Virus record (IMG/VR): IMGVR_UViG_3300028840_003294
Coordinates: 1-52,289 of that record
DNA length: 52,289 nucleotides
Origin: a virus
Lineage: Duplodnaviria; Caudoviricetes
Strand: one strand, 5' to 3'
Below the pieces are notes generated by a model, which worked only from the letters and a program-made list of their open reading frames with translations, did no database searches and was not told where the DNA came from. This document shows, one piece after another, positions 1 to 7,326 of this stretch; within the stretch, counting starts at the first letter, position 1, and every line of letters starts with the position of its first letter. Both the position numbers and the translations under genes were made by a program.

Positions 1-144
1 GCACCCGTGCTTATTGCCAGGACTGCTATACGCACACAGTCTGCCGAGCTCTGGACATCGAAGCGAACAACATTCCCGGGTTCGTTAGCCCGAAACCAGA
101 GTGAAACCGAGAGAGGGTCCGCCCGCGGGGCCCTGTTTCGGTCG
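1..144. repeat. Terminal direct repeat, left copy (circular assembly overlap)
   Basis: Bases 1-144 are identical to 52146-52289; ORF 51908..52249 reads through the repeat. Confidence 0.97.
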
Positions 145-170
145 CATTCAGACCGAGAAACGGAGCAGGC
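104..170 (+). promoter_or_regulatory. Intergenic hairpin plus CGGTC-Nx-GACCGAGAA-RBS element (copy 3 of 3)
   Basis: GC stem, then tcggtc-gcattca-gaccga, then GGAG before ATG 171; related elements at 50890-50965 and 51416-51483. Confidence 0.6.
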
Positions 171-506
171 ATGGAACAACTAAAAAAGGACTTGCAGGGC
201 GCCCGGGAAATGGCAGACGAGGCATCAGCTTATCTCGACTTTGCCCGGGGATTTTTGGTCGCATATTTGGACAGCGCAGAAGGGCAGAGCGGCACGCCGG
301 CCTTGGAAAGCGTCCTGCGGCACATCATCGCCGCGGGCATCAGCGCCGAGCTCGCCCGGGACCGCGCGGGGCTCGCACAGGAGGAACTCGGGAGCAATCC
401 GCCGCCGGCCGTTCTACGGTTTGCCGCGGACATTGCAACCCGGCCCGAAGAGGAGCCCGAAGAGGAGCCCCGCTGGTACGTCACGGCGCGGGAAGCGTGC
501 TGCTGA
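171..506 (+). CDS. Hypothetical early protein
   Basis: GGAG RBS, ATG start, helical acidic 111-aa ORF. Confidence 0.75.
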   Translation: MEQLKKDLQGAREMADEASAYLDFARGFLVAYLDSAEGQSGTPALESVLRHIIAAGISAELARDRAGLAQEELGSNPPPAVLRFAADIATRPEEEPEEEPRWYVTAREACC

Positions 507-518
507 AAGGGGGGAGTA

Positions 519-740
519 ATGGAAATCAATATGTGGATATGTGAAACGTCATGGGCCCGTAACGGGAAATGGAAACCAGAACTCGCAACGCTGCGGCGGA
601 CACGATCGAAGTCAATTCGGGCTTTTCTTTTAGGTTACTCAATTTTGATGGCGGATTGGCGCGTGGAAAGAGATCGGGGTTATGCTCGTTGCTCAAAATG
701 CGTGCTCAAGATCAAGACCGCGGAAAAAGGGGAGGAGTAA
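519..740 (+). CDS. Hypothetical protein
   Basis: GGGGAG RBS; TAATG coupling to next gene. Confidence 0.7.
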   Translation: MEINMWICETSWARNGKWKPELATLRRTRSKSIRAFLLGYSILMADWRVERDRGYARCSKCVLKIKTAEKGEE

Positions 741-1159
741 TGGAACCAGAAGACGCCTTCATTGAATACCAAGACAAGAAAACCCGCCAATGGGACGAGA
801 TTGTCGAAAACGTGGTTGTGGTCGCACACCAGGACCGCGTGAGAGAACACACCTACGACGACTTTGACCTCGGGCCCGGATGGGTCTTCGCCGGCGGAAC
901 GTACATCAAAGACGCCCTAGGTCAACGCCGCTGGTGGATGGTTTTCGTTCTCCCGCGGGCCGAATATCGGGAAGCTGTCGGGCCCTGGCTGTCAGAGGGG
1001 CTCGGTTCATTTGAGTTTATTCAATGGGCCGATGATTCATGGCACGCGATCGCCCGGAGTGAAATCAACATCGGTTCTCGAATGACGACCCTCGAGGGTG
1101 AACCGCCCGCGAAACTCCAACAGTTTTTCAAAAGGTCGGTAAATCATGGCACGGCGTAA
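740..1159 (+). CDS. Hypothetical protein
   Basis: GGAGGAG RBS, ATG overlapping the upstream TAA (start moved from 569). Confidence 0.75.
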   Translation: MEPEDAFIEYQDKKTRQWDEIVENVVVVAHQDRVREHTYDDFDLGPGWVFAGGTYIKDALGQRRWWMVFVLPRAEYREAVGPWLSEGLGSFEFIQWADDSWHAIARSEINIGSRMTTLEGEPPAKLQQFFKRSVNHGTA

Positions 1160-1451
1160 GAAAACCCGCGCCATCGTGATATTCGGCCGAGTTTGGGCGG
1201 GGAGAAACGGTTGCGAGTGTACCGCCACGGTTTATGTGAACGGGGAACACGTCGCCAGCCTCCCGATTGAGCGCGGCGCCAACAGCTATGCCGAACAGCG
1301 CGGGATTGAATGGCTTTACGAACACGGCTACCTACCGGGGATGATCCGCCACAGTTACGGCGGCCTCGAGCCCCTATATCAGTGGTGCGAACGAAACAAC
1401 TGCACGAAGATCATTGAAACCGCCAACGTGGAGAGGATGAAAGACCTATGA
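1146..1451 (+). CDS. Hypothetical protein
   Basis: Overlapping operon packing; ATGA coupling at its end. Confidence 0.75.
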   Translation: MARRKKTRAIVIFGRVWAGRNGCECTATVYVNGEHVASLPIERGANSYAEQRGIEWLYEHGYLPGMIRHSYGGLEPLYQWCERNNCTKIIETANVERMKDL

Positions 1452-1744
1452 GGAAATACACCGCCATTCCGATAGGCAGGATTTTAGACTGCCTCCCGAA
1501 AACCGGAACGTGGCACGGGCCCGCCTATCAGGGCATCGGCGGCCTGTTCGCCATCCGTGGGTGGGGCGCCGGAGACCGCCCGCCCATGTTCCAAGTGATG
1601 AGAGTCTACGGCCGGCGGCACGGCGACCCCGCCCATGACCGCCCGCCCGAAGAAATTTCCGGTCCTTGGCTGACAATGGAAGGCGCGGAACAATTCGCCC
1701 GCCGCATGGCCGAGGGTGGGAGCCCACGAGAAAGGTTTGCATGA
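1448..1744 (+). CDS. Hypothetical protein
   Basis: ATGA overlaps at both ends. Confidence 0.7.
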   Translation: MRKYTAIPIGRILDCLPKTGTWHGPAYQGIGGLFAIRGWGAGDRPPMFQVMRVYGRRHGDPAHDRPPEEISGPWLTMEGAEQFARRMAEGGSPRERFA

Positions 1745-1980
1745 TGTGGTACAGAGTGCAAAACGCTGAAACCGGAGAAGAGCTCCGAACGCGCTTCGAA
1801 ACGCTTTTAGGCGCCCTTTCCTATGCCGAAGACGTCGAGTTTTGCGACGTTGAAATATGCGACGACAATGACGGGCTCGTCTTGGCTGTTTTATCGGGAG
1901 GGGAGCTCGTCGGAGGGACGCCGGAAACCATCGCCCTTTGTGAAGAATGGGGCTACGCTATCGCAGACGAGAGGGGGTGA
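1741..1980 (+). CDS. Hypothetical acidic protein
   Basis: ATGA coupling; MMWYRVQNAETGEE... Confidence 0.7.
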   Translation: MMWYRVQNAETGEELRTRFETLLGALSYAEDVEFCDVEICDDNDGLVLAVLSGGELVGGTPETIALCEEWGYAIADERG

Positions 1981-2017
1981 TGGCATGAAGTAGCGCAAAG
2001 CTGACGGTCTCACGTCC

Positions 2018-2050
2018 AAGAGCCCCCCGCTACGGCGGGGGGTTTCTTTG
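2018..2050 (+). terminator. Intrinsic terminator
   Basis: agccccccgc-TACG-gcggggggtt (C-UACG-G tetraloop) followed by T-rich tail. Confidence 0.8.
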
Positions 2051-2105
2051 TGGTACGATTGCGCCCGAATCGGAGCTCGCCCGCCCCCCCGGCCAGCTCC
2101 ACCGC

Positions 2106-2143
2106 AGCCCCCCGCCGGCCACCACCACTGGCGGGGGGTTTTG
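2106..2143 (+). terminator. Second intrinsic terminator-like hairpin
   Basis: agccccccgccgg...ctggcggggggtt followed by ttg; stem nearly identical to the first. Confidence 0.65.
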
Positions 2144-2177
2144 ATTTGGCACGCCGGCCAGATTTGGCACGCCGGCC
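2143..2177. repeat. Tandem 17-bp direct repeat GATTTGGCACGCCGGCC x2
   Basis: Copies at 2143-2159 and 2161-2177 (18-bp period). Confidence 0.9.
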
Positions 2178-2198
2178 TCGAGTATCGGGCACAGGGGC

Positions 2199-2226
2199 TT
2201 GACAAATTTCCACATAGGTTTACCAT
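2199..2226 (+). promoter_or_regulatory. Sigma70-type promoter
   Basis: TTGACA-16 nt-TACCAT in an AT-rich intergenic segment upstream of the HTH gene. Confidence 0.7.
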
Positions 2227-2278
2227 TATTAGCGCAGACGAACGCCAATCCGGGCGAAATTGACAATTGGAGGAAGAA

Positions 2279-2515
2279 ATGCCAACGTGCCCTACATGCG
2301 GGACAAGATTCAAGTTGGACGGCCGCAAGAAGATGACGATACGGGAGGCTGCCGACGAGCTTGGGGTCGCTCGAGCCACCATCCGAAAGCTCATGGACGA
2401 TGGGGAGCTCTACTATATCTTTCGTGGGGGAAGGCGATGGTTAACCCGCGAAACGTGGGAAAACTTCATACGAGAAAGGACAACCACGGGGCCGCTCGTG
2501 GACGACGATGATTAA
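2279..2515 (+). CDS. Excisionase/MerR-like HTH DNA-binding protein with N-terminal CxxC
   Basis: MTIREAADELGVARATIRKLMDDGEL...GGRRWLTRE; GGAGG RBS. Confidence 0.8.
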   Translation: MPTCPTCGTRFKLDGRKKMTIREAADELGVARATIRKLMDDGELYYIFRGGRRWLTRETWENFIRERTTTGPLVDDDD

Positions 2516-2627
2516 AGCGGTCGTGCTCGTGCTTTTGGGGGCCGTCATCATCGCGGTTCCGGTGGCGTGGATGATTGAAGAATTTTTGTGGAATTACGAA
2601 CCAAAGGAGAGAGACGATGGCAGATGA
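2508..2627 (+). CDS. Small membrane protein (39 aa; not in ORF track)
   Basis: MIKAVVLVLLGAVIIAVPVAWMIEEFLWNYEPKERDDGR; bridges two genes with overlaps. Confidence 0.55.
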   Translation: MIKAVVLVLLGAVIIAVPVAWMIEEFLWNYEPKERDDGR

Positions 2628-3861
2628 ACTGATGAAAGTTGACCAGCAGACGGGGGAGATTGTTGCTTCGGCAGGGATCTCGATTGAAGAGACTCGAGCG
2701 CAGGCGGAAAGCCAAGCGGGTTTCGTCGTGGCGAAGCGATTCCCAAGGAATCAAGAGCTCGCCGTCTCGAACATCATGCGAGCGTGCGAGAGCGTGCGGC
2801 TGGCGGAAGAAGCAGAGTACAGCTACCCCAAGGGGAACACGACCGTTCAAGGGCCGACAATCAGACTTCTCGAGGTCATCGCACAGAATTGGGGAAACAT
2901 CATTTCCGGCGTCCGCGAGGTCGAGGTGCGCGAAGATGACACGCTGATGATGGCGTATGCCTACGATCTCGAGACCAACCGCAGGGCCGAGCGGGCGTTC
3001 ACTGTGCCGAACTTCATCATGCTCAAGGGCGGGGGCCGAAAGTATCTCGATGACCCCCGCGAGCTGTACGAGCTCCGGGCAAACATGGGCTCACGGCGCG
3101 AGCGTGCCTGTCTCGAGCGCGTCATTCCCCGCCACATCATCGACGAGGCCGTTGACGCTTGCCGCCTCACCGTGGCGACCAAGGGGACGCCGGCCACGCC
3201 CGAGAATATCCAGAAGATGATCGACGCCTTCGGCGCGATCGGCGTGGACGAGACCATGCTCGAGATGCGACAGGGGAAGAAGCTAAAGGCGCTCACCGGG
3301 CCCGAGCTCGCCGCCCTTCGCCGCATCTACAAGGGCATCGACGAGGGAATCACCACCGTTGATAAGGTCTTTGGCGACAAAACCCTGAAGCAGCCACAGG
3401 AAAAACAGGCCGAAAAAGAGGAAAAAGAGGAAAAGCCGAAGAAGAAAGCCACCAAGAAGAAGAAAAAGCCCGCTCCCAAGGCCGAGACGCCGGCCGAGGA
3501 GCCGGCGAAGGCCGAATCCCGGCCCGAGGACGGGGAGCAGGCCGACGCAGGCACAGGCGATTCTGAGGGCTCTAACGGCGATTTGCCGCTGCAAGGCGAG
3601 CTCGAGACGCAGGGCGACGATTTGCCCACCATTACCGACCGAATCGCAAAGGTTGAATTTTCCAAGGAGGGTCAAACCAAAACAGGCAGCCCGTACAGTT
3701 TGTATTACATTCACACCGATGGCGGCGAGAAAATGGCTTGCTTCAACAAAGAGCTTATCGAGCAGGCGGAAGAGGCAGCAGCAGAACGCTACTTGTGCGA
3801 GCTCGAGATCCACAAGAGCAAGTTCGGCATCAAGCTGATGAGCTTGGAGGTTCTTGGGTGA
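2617..3861 (+). CDS. Putative ssDNA-annealing/recombination protein (AKRFPR-type phage family) with Lys/Glu linker and C-terminal domain
   Basis: VVAKRFPRN...YSYPKG...GPTIRLLE..AQNWGNI; adjacent to a PD-(D/E)XK nuclease; AGGAG RBS. Confidence 0.6.
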   Translation: MADELMKVDQQTGEIVASAGISIEETRAQAESQAGFVVAKRFPRNQELAVSNIMRACESVRLAEEAEYSYPKGNTTVQGPTIRLLEVIAQNWGNIISGVREVEVREDDTLMMAYAYDLETNRRAERAFTVPNFIMLKGGGRKYLDDPRELYELRANMGSRRERACLERVIPRHIIDEAVDACRLTVATKGTPATPENIQKMIDAFGAIGVDETMLEMRQGKKLKALTGPELAALRRIYKGIDEGITTVDKVFGDKTLKQPQEKQAEKEEKEEKPKKKATKKKKKPAPKAETPAEEPAKAESRPEDGEQADAGTGDSEGSNGDLPLQGELETQGDDLPTITDRIAKVEFSKEGQTKTGSPYSLYYIHTDGGEKMACFNKELIEQAEEAAAERYLCELEIHKSKFGIKLMSLEVLG

Positions 3862-4424
3862 ACTCGCCGGTCATCGAATTCCATGAACCCACACACACCT
3901 ATTCGGTGAATGGGCGCCCGGTTCCAAGCGTAACCCAGGTTCTTAAAGAGGCGGGACTCATTGACACGACTTGGTACAACGAATGGGGGAAGCACCGCGG
4001 GAGCACGGTTCACAGGTGCATGCAGCTTCTTGCGGAGGATCGGCTCGACTTGGCAAGCGTGGACCCCAGGATTCAGGGCTATGTTGACGCCGGCGCCCGC
4101 TTCATGGATGAGATCAACTTCGAGGTCGAACGCACCGAAATGCACGTCTGCAACGAAAAGCTCAGATTCGCGGGGACGCTCGACCTCTTCGGCCGGCGGA
4201 AAAATAACCCGGCAATCATTGACTACAAGACGGGGCCGCTACAGCGCCCGACACAGATTCAGCTCACGGGATACTCTAATACCGACCAAATGCCGGGAGG
4301 GCCCATTGAGCTGTGGGGTGTTCAGTTGCGAATCGACGGCACGTACAAAATGGAAAGGTTTATCCCCAACTTCCCCGTGTGGCATGCCGCTCTTAGAGTG
4401 GTAGGATGGAAGCGGGAAAAATGA
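3858..4424 (+). CDS. PD-(D/E)XK exonuclease (Cas4/RecB/YqaJ-like)
   Basis: PSVTQVL, RGSTVH, E...FAGTLD, IIDYKTG, QLTGY motifs; GTGA coupling. Confidence 0.85.
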   Translation: MNSPVIEFHEPTHTYSVNGRPVPSVTQVLKEAGLIDTTWYNEWGKHRGSTVHRCMQLLAEDRLDLASVDPRIQGYVDAGARFMDEINFEVERTEMHVCNEKLRFAGTLDLFGRRKNNPAIIDYKTGPLQRPTQIQLTGYSNTDQMPGGPIELWGVQLRIDGTYKMERFIPNFPVWHAALRVVGWKREK

Positions 4425-4552
4425 TTTGGCCCAATTGCCCCGGCCACGCTTCGGCGTTGGCAATTCCGAGGCCGAACCCCCACCCACCAGGGCGTCAGCC
4501 CGACTTCTCTGACAAGGCACGCGATACCCCCGGGGCCGGCGGGGGGTCTTTC
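4425..4552 (+). other. Structured intergenic RNA-like segment
   Basis: Extended hairpin capped by C(UUCG)G, a gtcag/ctgac stem and an acccccg/cggggggt stem. Confidence 0.45.
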
Positions 4553-4571
4553 AGCAAAAAAGGAGCAGATT

Positions 4572-5864
4572 ATGAAAAAGTTGTTGATCGTTGTTTACCT
4601 CATGCTCGTTGCGCTGCCCGTAGCGGCGAACGTCCCACCACCAACCGAATACACCAGCGGCGCCGACTGCGTCCGTCGCCTGATTGCCGGCCAGAACATC
4701 GACGTTGGGCGCGTCGAGCTCGAGTGGCTCGAGAATGACCTACTCGTTTCCTACATCATCGAAGACCCCGACTGGCGAATCAAAGAGGTGCATTTTGGAT
4801 GGTGGCACGAGCAGGGGAATCTTCCCGCTCACGCCGTTCCCGGGGATCTTCAATATGGTCGGGAGGATCTCGACACTACATTGCACTCATTCACCATTTC
4901 AAAGGACAACCTTTGCACGTTCTCGAAGGACGCGCCGGCGAAGTGCGAGGACCGCTGCCCTTGTTGGTTTGCGGCTCACGCTGTTGTAGAGCGGCCGTGC
5001 CCTGAAGAAAAGACGATCTATAAGCCCGGGCGATATGCCACGTCCGCAAAGATCAAGGTCACGCGAGAGGGTCGAAGCTCATTCTTTAACGTTCAAATCC
5101 AAGGGAGCGGGATCAATGCAGCAGTCAACAACGGATGGTGCCTCGACAAAAGACTCACACTCCCCGAGGGAATCTGGCTCGACGCCGAAGTCATCTACGA
5201 CTGGCAGGAGCTCGATGGAATTGTTGATTTTCCACAAAATATGGCCCTCATCGAATGGATTGCAAGGCAAAATTACGTTGGTCGAAAGGTCTTCTGTGGG
5301 CAAATCGTCCAGCGCATACACGTACAAAATGCAATCTGGAATCTGGCTCACGGTAAGCAAATTGGCTGTGTGGCTTCTGCGATTGTCAGCGAGGCACGGC
5401 GCCACGCAAATTCAAAAAACATTCAGCGATCCTGTTGGGAAATGGCGGCAGACTTTGTCCTAACCCCAAGGCTTTGCTCGATGGTTTCTCCCCCGGATGG
5501 TTTCGCTTGTGCGATGTATCAACCGATCTACTCCTACAAATATGTGAGGGAAACATGCCCAACAGATACACCTACCCCGTCAGAAACCCCAACCAGGACG
5601 GCGACTCCCACGCGCACCATTACGCCTACGTTTTCGGCTACCTCCACGGCAACGAGTACGCCCACCGGCACCCCGCCGCCCACTTTGACGCCCTCTTTTA
5701 CACCTACTGCAACGCCTACCGAAACGGCGCCGCCGACTTCTACGCCGACCGCGACTTCAACGCCAAGCCCCTGCCCGCCGCAGCGCGAAACCGCATGGGC
5801 TTTTGGCTCAGTCGAATTCGGTATCGGTTGGGGTTGGTTTTTCGAGTGCTGCGAGGGTGAGTGA
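4572..5864 (+). CDS. Secreted Cys-rich protein with putative thioester (TED/TQXA-like) domain and Thr/Pro linker
   Basis: Sec signal MKKLLIVVYLMLVALPVAA; GWCLD and VQNAIW motifs; TPT repeats; AGGAG RBS. Confidence 0.65.
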   Translation: MKKLLIVVYLMLVALPVAANVPPPTEYTSGADCVRRLIAGQNIDVGRVELEWLENDLLVSYIIEDPDWRIKEVHFGWWHEQGNLPAHAVPGDLQYGREDLDTTLHSFTISKDNLCTFSKDAPAKCEDRCPCWFAAHAVVERPCPEEKTIYKPGRYATSAKIKVTREGRSSFFNVQIQGSGINAAVNNGWCLDKRLTLPEGIWLDAEVIYDWQELDGIVDFPQNMALIEWIARQNYVGRKVFCGQIVQRIHVQNAIWNLAHGKQIGCVASAIVSEARRHANSKNIQRSCWEMAADFVLTPRLCSMVSPPDGFACAMYQPIYSYKYVRETCPTDTPTPSETPTRTATPTRTITPTFSATSTATSTPTGTPPPTLTPSFTPTATPTETAPPTSTPTATSTPSPCPPQRETAWAFGSVEFGIGWGWFFECCEGE

Positions 5865-6130
5865 TGTACGTCAGCCAAGCCAAGCGGAAGACGTGCCCGC
5901 TTCTCGGAGTCAGAGCAGCGGAAGCGACCGAGCAACATGGCCGGGGCCACCAATGGGTTGCGACATTCTCCCCGTCATATTGCACCGCCGATTCCTGCAT
6001 GTGGTGGGTCGCCACAAGAGCACAGAAGGGGGACTCTGATAGCGACGGCGAAGGGTACTGCGTCATGCGTCTTCTCGAAGATGTCGTGGAGGCGTTAGCC
6101 GCGCTACCCAGGAAGGAATATGATGTTTGA
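5861..6130 (+). CDS. Cys-rich hypothetical protein
   Basis: TCPLL...CTADSCMWW...GYC pattern; coupled to neighbours. Confidence 0.7.
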   Translation: MMYVSQAKRKTCPLLGVRAAEATEQHGRGHQWVATFSPSYCTADSCMWWVATRAQKGDSDSDGEGYCVMRLLEDVVEALAALPRKEYDV

Positions 6131-6632
6131 GCATCTCAAAAGATGGCCCCGGGTTCTTGTCACCGGGCCCCAACGATCCGGCACGCGCATCGGCACAACG
6201 ATGATCGCTCACGACCTGAACTATTGGCCCGTGTATGAGGAACAGGTCGGCACGGATTCACTCAATCGCCTGTGGAAGCACCTTCAGACGACGAGGAACA
6301 CAGTCACTCAATGCCCCGCGCTCTCGAGCCACGTTCATCTGCTCGCCCTTGACGATCCAGAGCTCGCCGTCGTTCTCATGCGGAGATCAATCAAAGAGAT
6401 CCGTGCGTCTGAACAGCGGATACGTTGGGCGTGGGAAAAGCCCGAGCTCATCCGAGAGGGCATCCTCGTCAACAGCTCATCGGCTGAAGCGAAATACAAG
6501 CGATGGGACGAGCTCCAAGCCGACGTAATTGGGGAGCGGGGTTTCGTGGTCGAATACTCGAGCCTCCACACTCATCCCCTGTGGAAGCCGGCGCCGGCAA
6601 GAGTAAACTTCGAACCGAGGCAAACACGATGA
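6120..6632 (+). CDS. Sulfotransferase-like P-loop protein
   Basis: VLVTGPQRSGT (5'-PSB-like loop), VVLMRR...IRAS, FVVEYSSL. Confidence 0.65.
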   Translation: MMFEHLKRWPRVLVTGPQRSGTRIGTTMIAHDLNYWPVYEEQVGTDSLNRLWKHLQTTRNTVTQCPALSSHVHLLALDDPELAVVLMRRSIKEIRASEQRIRWAWEKPELIREGILVNSSSAEAKYKRWDELQADVIGERGFVVEYSSLHTHPLWKPAPARVNFEPRQTR

Positions 6633-7231
6633 GCGGGCGACTACCAGACGAGGGCACAACGCGGCGAATTATCTCCGACTTTTTCATCAAGCACCGCTCC
6701 CTCATCATGCCGCACGTTCTCGAGGTCGGATCGGCGCGGCCGGCCGACGCTTGGTGGGCGGATCTTCGGTCGCAACTCGGCGGCATCTCGAAAAAGGAAT
6801 GGACCGGCGTTGACATGAAGGCGTCCGACGGTACGGATGTCGTCCGCAACTTGGCTCGGCTCGACTTCACACTACACCCATTGCCGCAAGACAGCTTTGG
6901 GTCGTGCGTTTGCGCCGAAACCCTCGAGCATGTGGACTACCCGGCGATCTTCTTGATGAACGTCTTCAACCTGCTTCGCCCCGGTGCATGGATCGTCATT
7001 ACGACCCCATTTGCCTTTCCCGTTCACGAATCGACGGGGAAGGACTACTGGCGATTCACGCCGAGCGGCCTGCACCTCCTTCTTACTGATGCGGGATTCG
7101 AACAAGCACACACTTACGAGCTCGAGCCATCGACGTTCTACTGGCACGACCACGAGCATAAACTTTCTGATTACCACGGCCCCCGTGACCTACCATTTTG
7201 GATCGGGGCGATTGCGAGGAAGCCTGAATGA
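6629..7231 (+). CDS. Class I SAM-dependent methyltransferase (Methyltransf_11-like)
   Basis: VLEVGS, GVDM, ETLEHV, LRPGAWIVITTPF, DYWRFT; ATGA coupling. Confidence 0.85.
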   Translation: MSGRLPDEGTTRRIISDFFIKHRSLIMPHVLEVGSARPADAWWADLRSQLGGISKKEWTGVDMKASDGTDVVRNLARLDFTLHPLPQDSFGSCVCAETLEHVDYPAIFLMNVFNLLRPGAWIVITTPFAFPVHESTGKDYWRFTPSGLHLLLTDAGFEQAHTYELEPSTFYWHDHEHKLSDYHGPRDLPFWIGAIARKPE

Positions 7232-7326
7232 GTAAACGCAGCGAGGAAAATTGGGCGTCGTTCGGGAAGTTTTGCGCGGTTATGATTTACATGATTCTTC
7301 TTAATCATTTTTGCGGGGGCCGATAA
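7228..7326 (+). CDS. Small hydrophobic peptide (32 aa; not in ORF track)
   Basis: MSKRSEENWASFGKFCAVMIYMILLNHFCGGR; ATGA and TAATG coupling on both sides. Confidence 0.5.
   Translation: MSKRSEENWASFGKFCAVMIYMILLNHFCGGR

Noticed and set aside
1-144. 144-bp repeat as a biological terminal repeat or att site
   Set aside because: It begins in the middle of a gene, which fits an assembler overlap of a circular or permuted genome better.
2143-2180. TTGGCACG copies as sigma54 promoters
   Set aside because: Neither copy has GC ten bases after the GG (AG and TC instead), so only the -24 half matches.
3858-4424. Nuclease as CRISPR Cas4
   Set aside because: No four-Cys Fe-S motif and no array; the context is phage recombination.
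6629-7231. Methyltransferase as a DNA methyltransferase
   Set aside because: Lacks DPPY/NPPY or PC catalytic motifs; resembles small-molecule/glycan methyltransferases.
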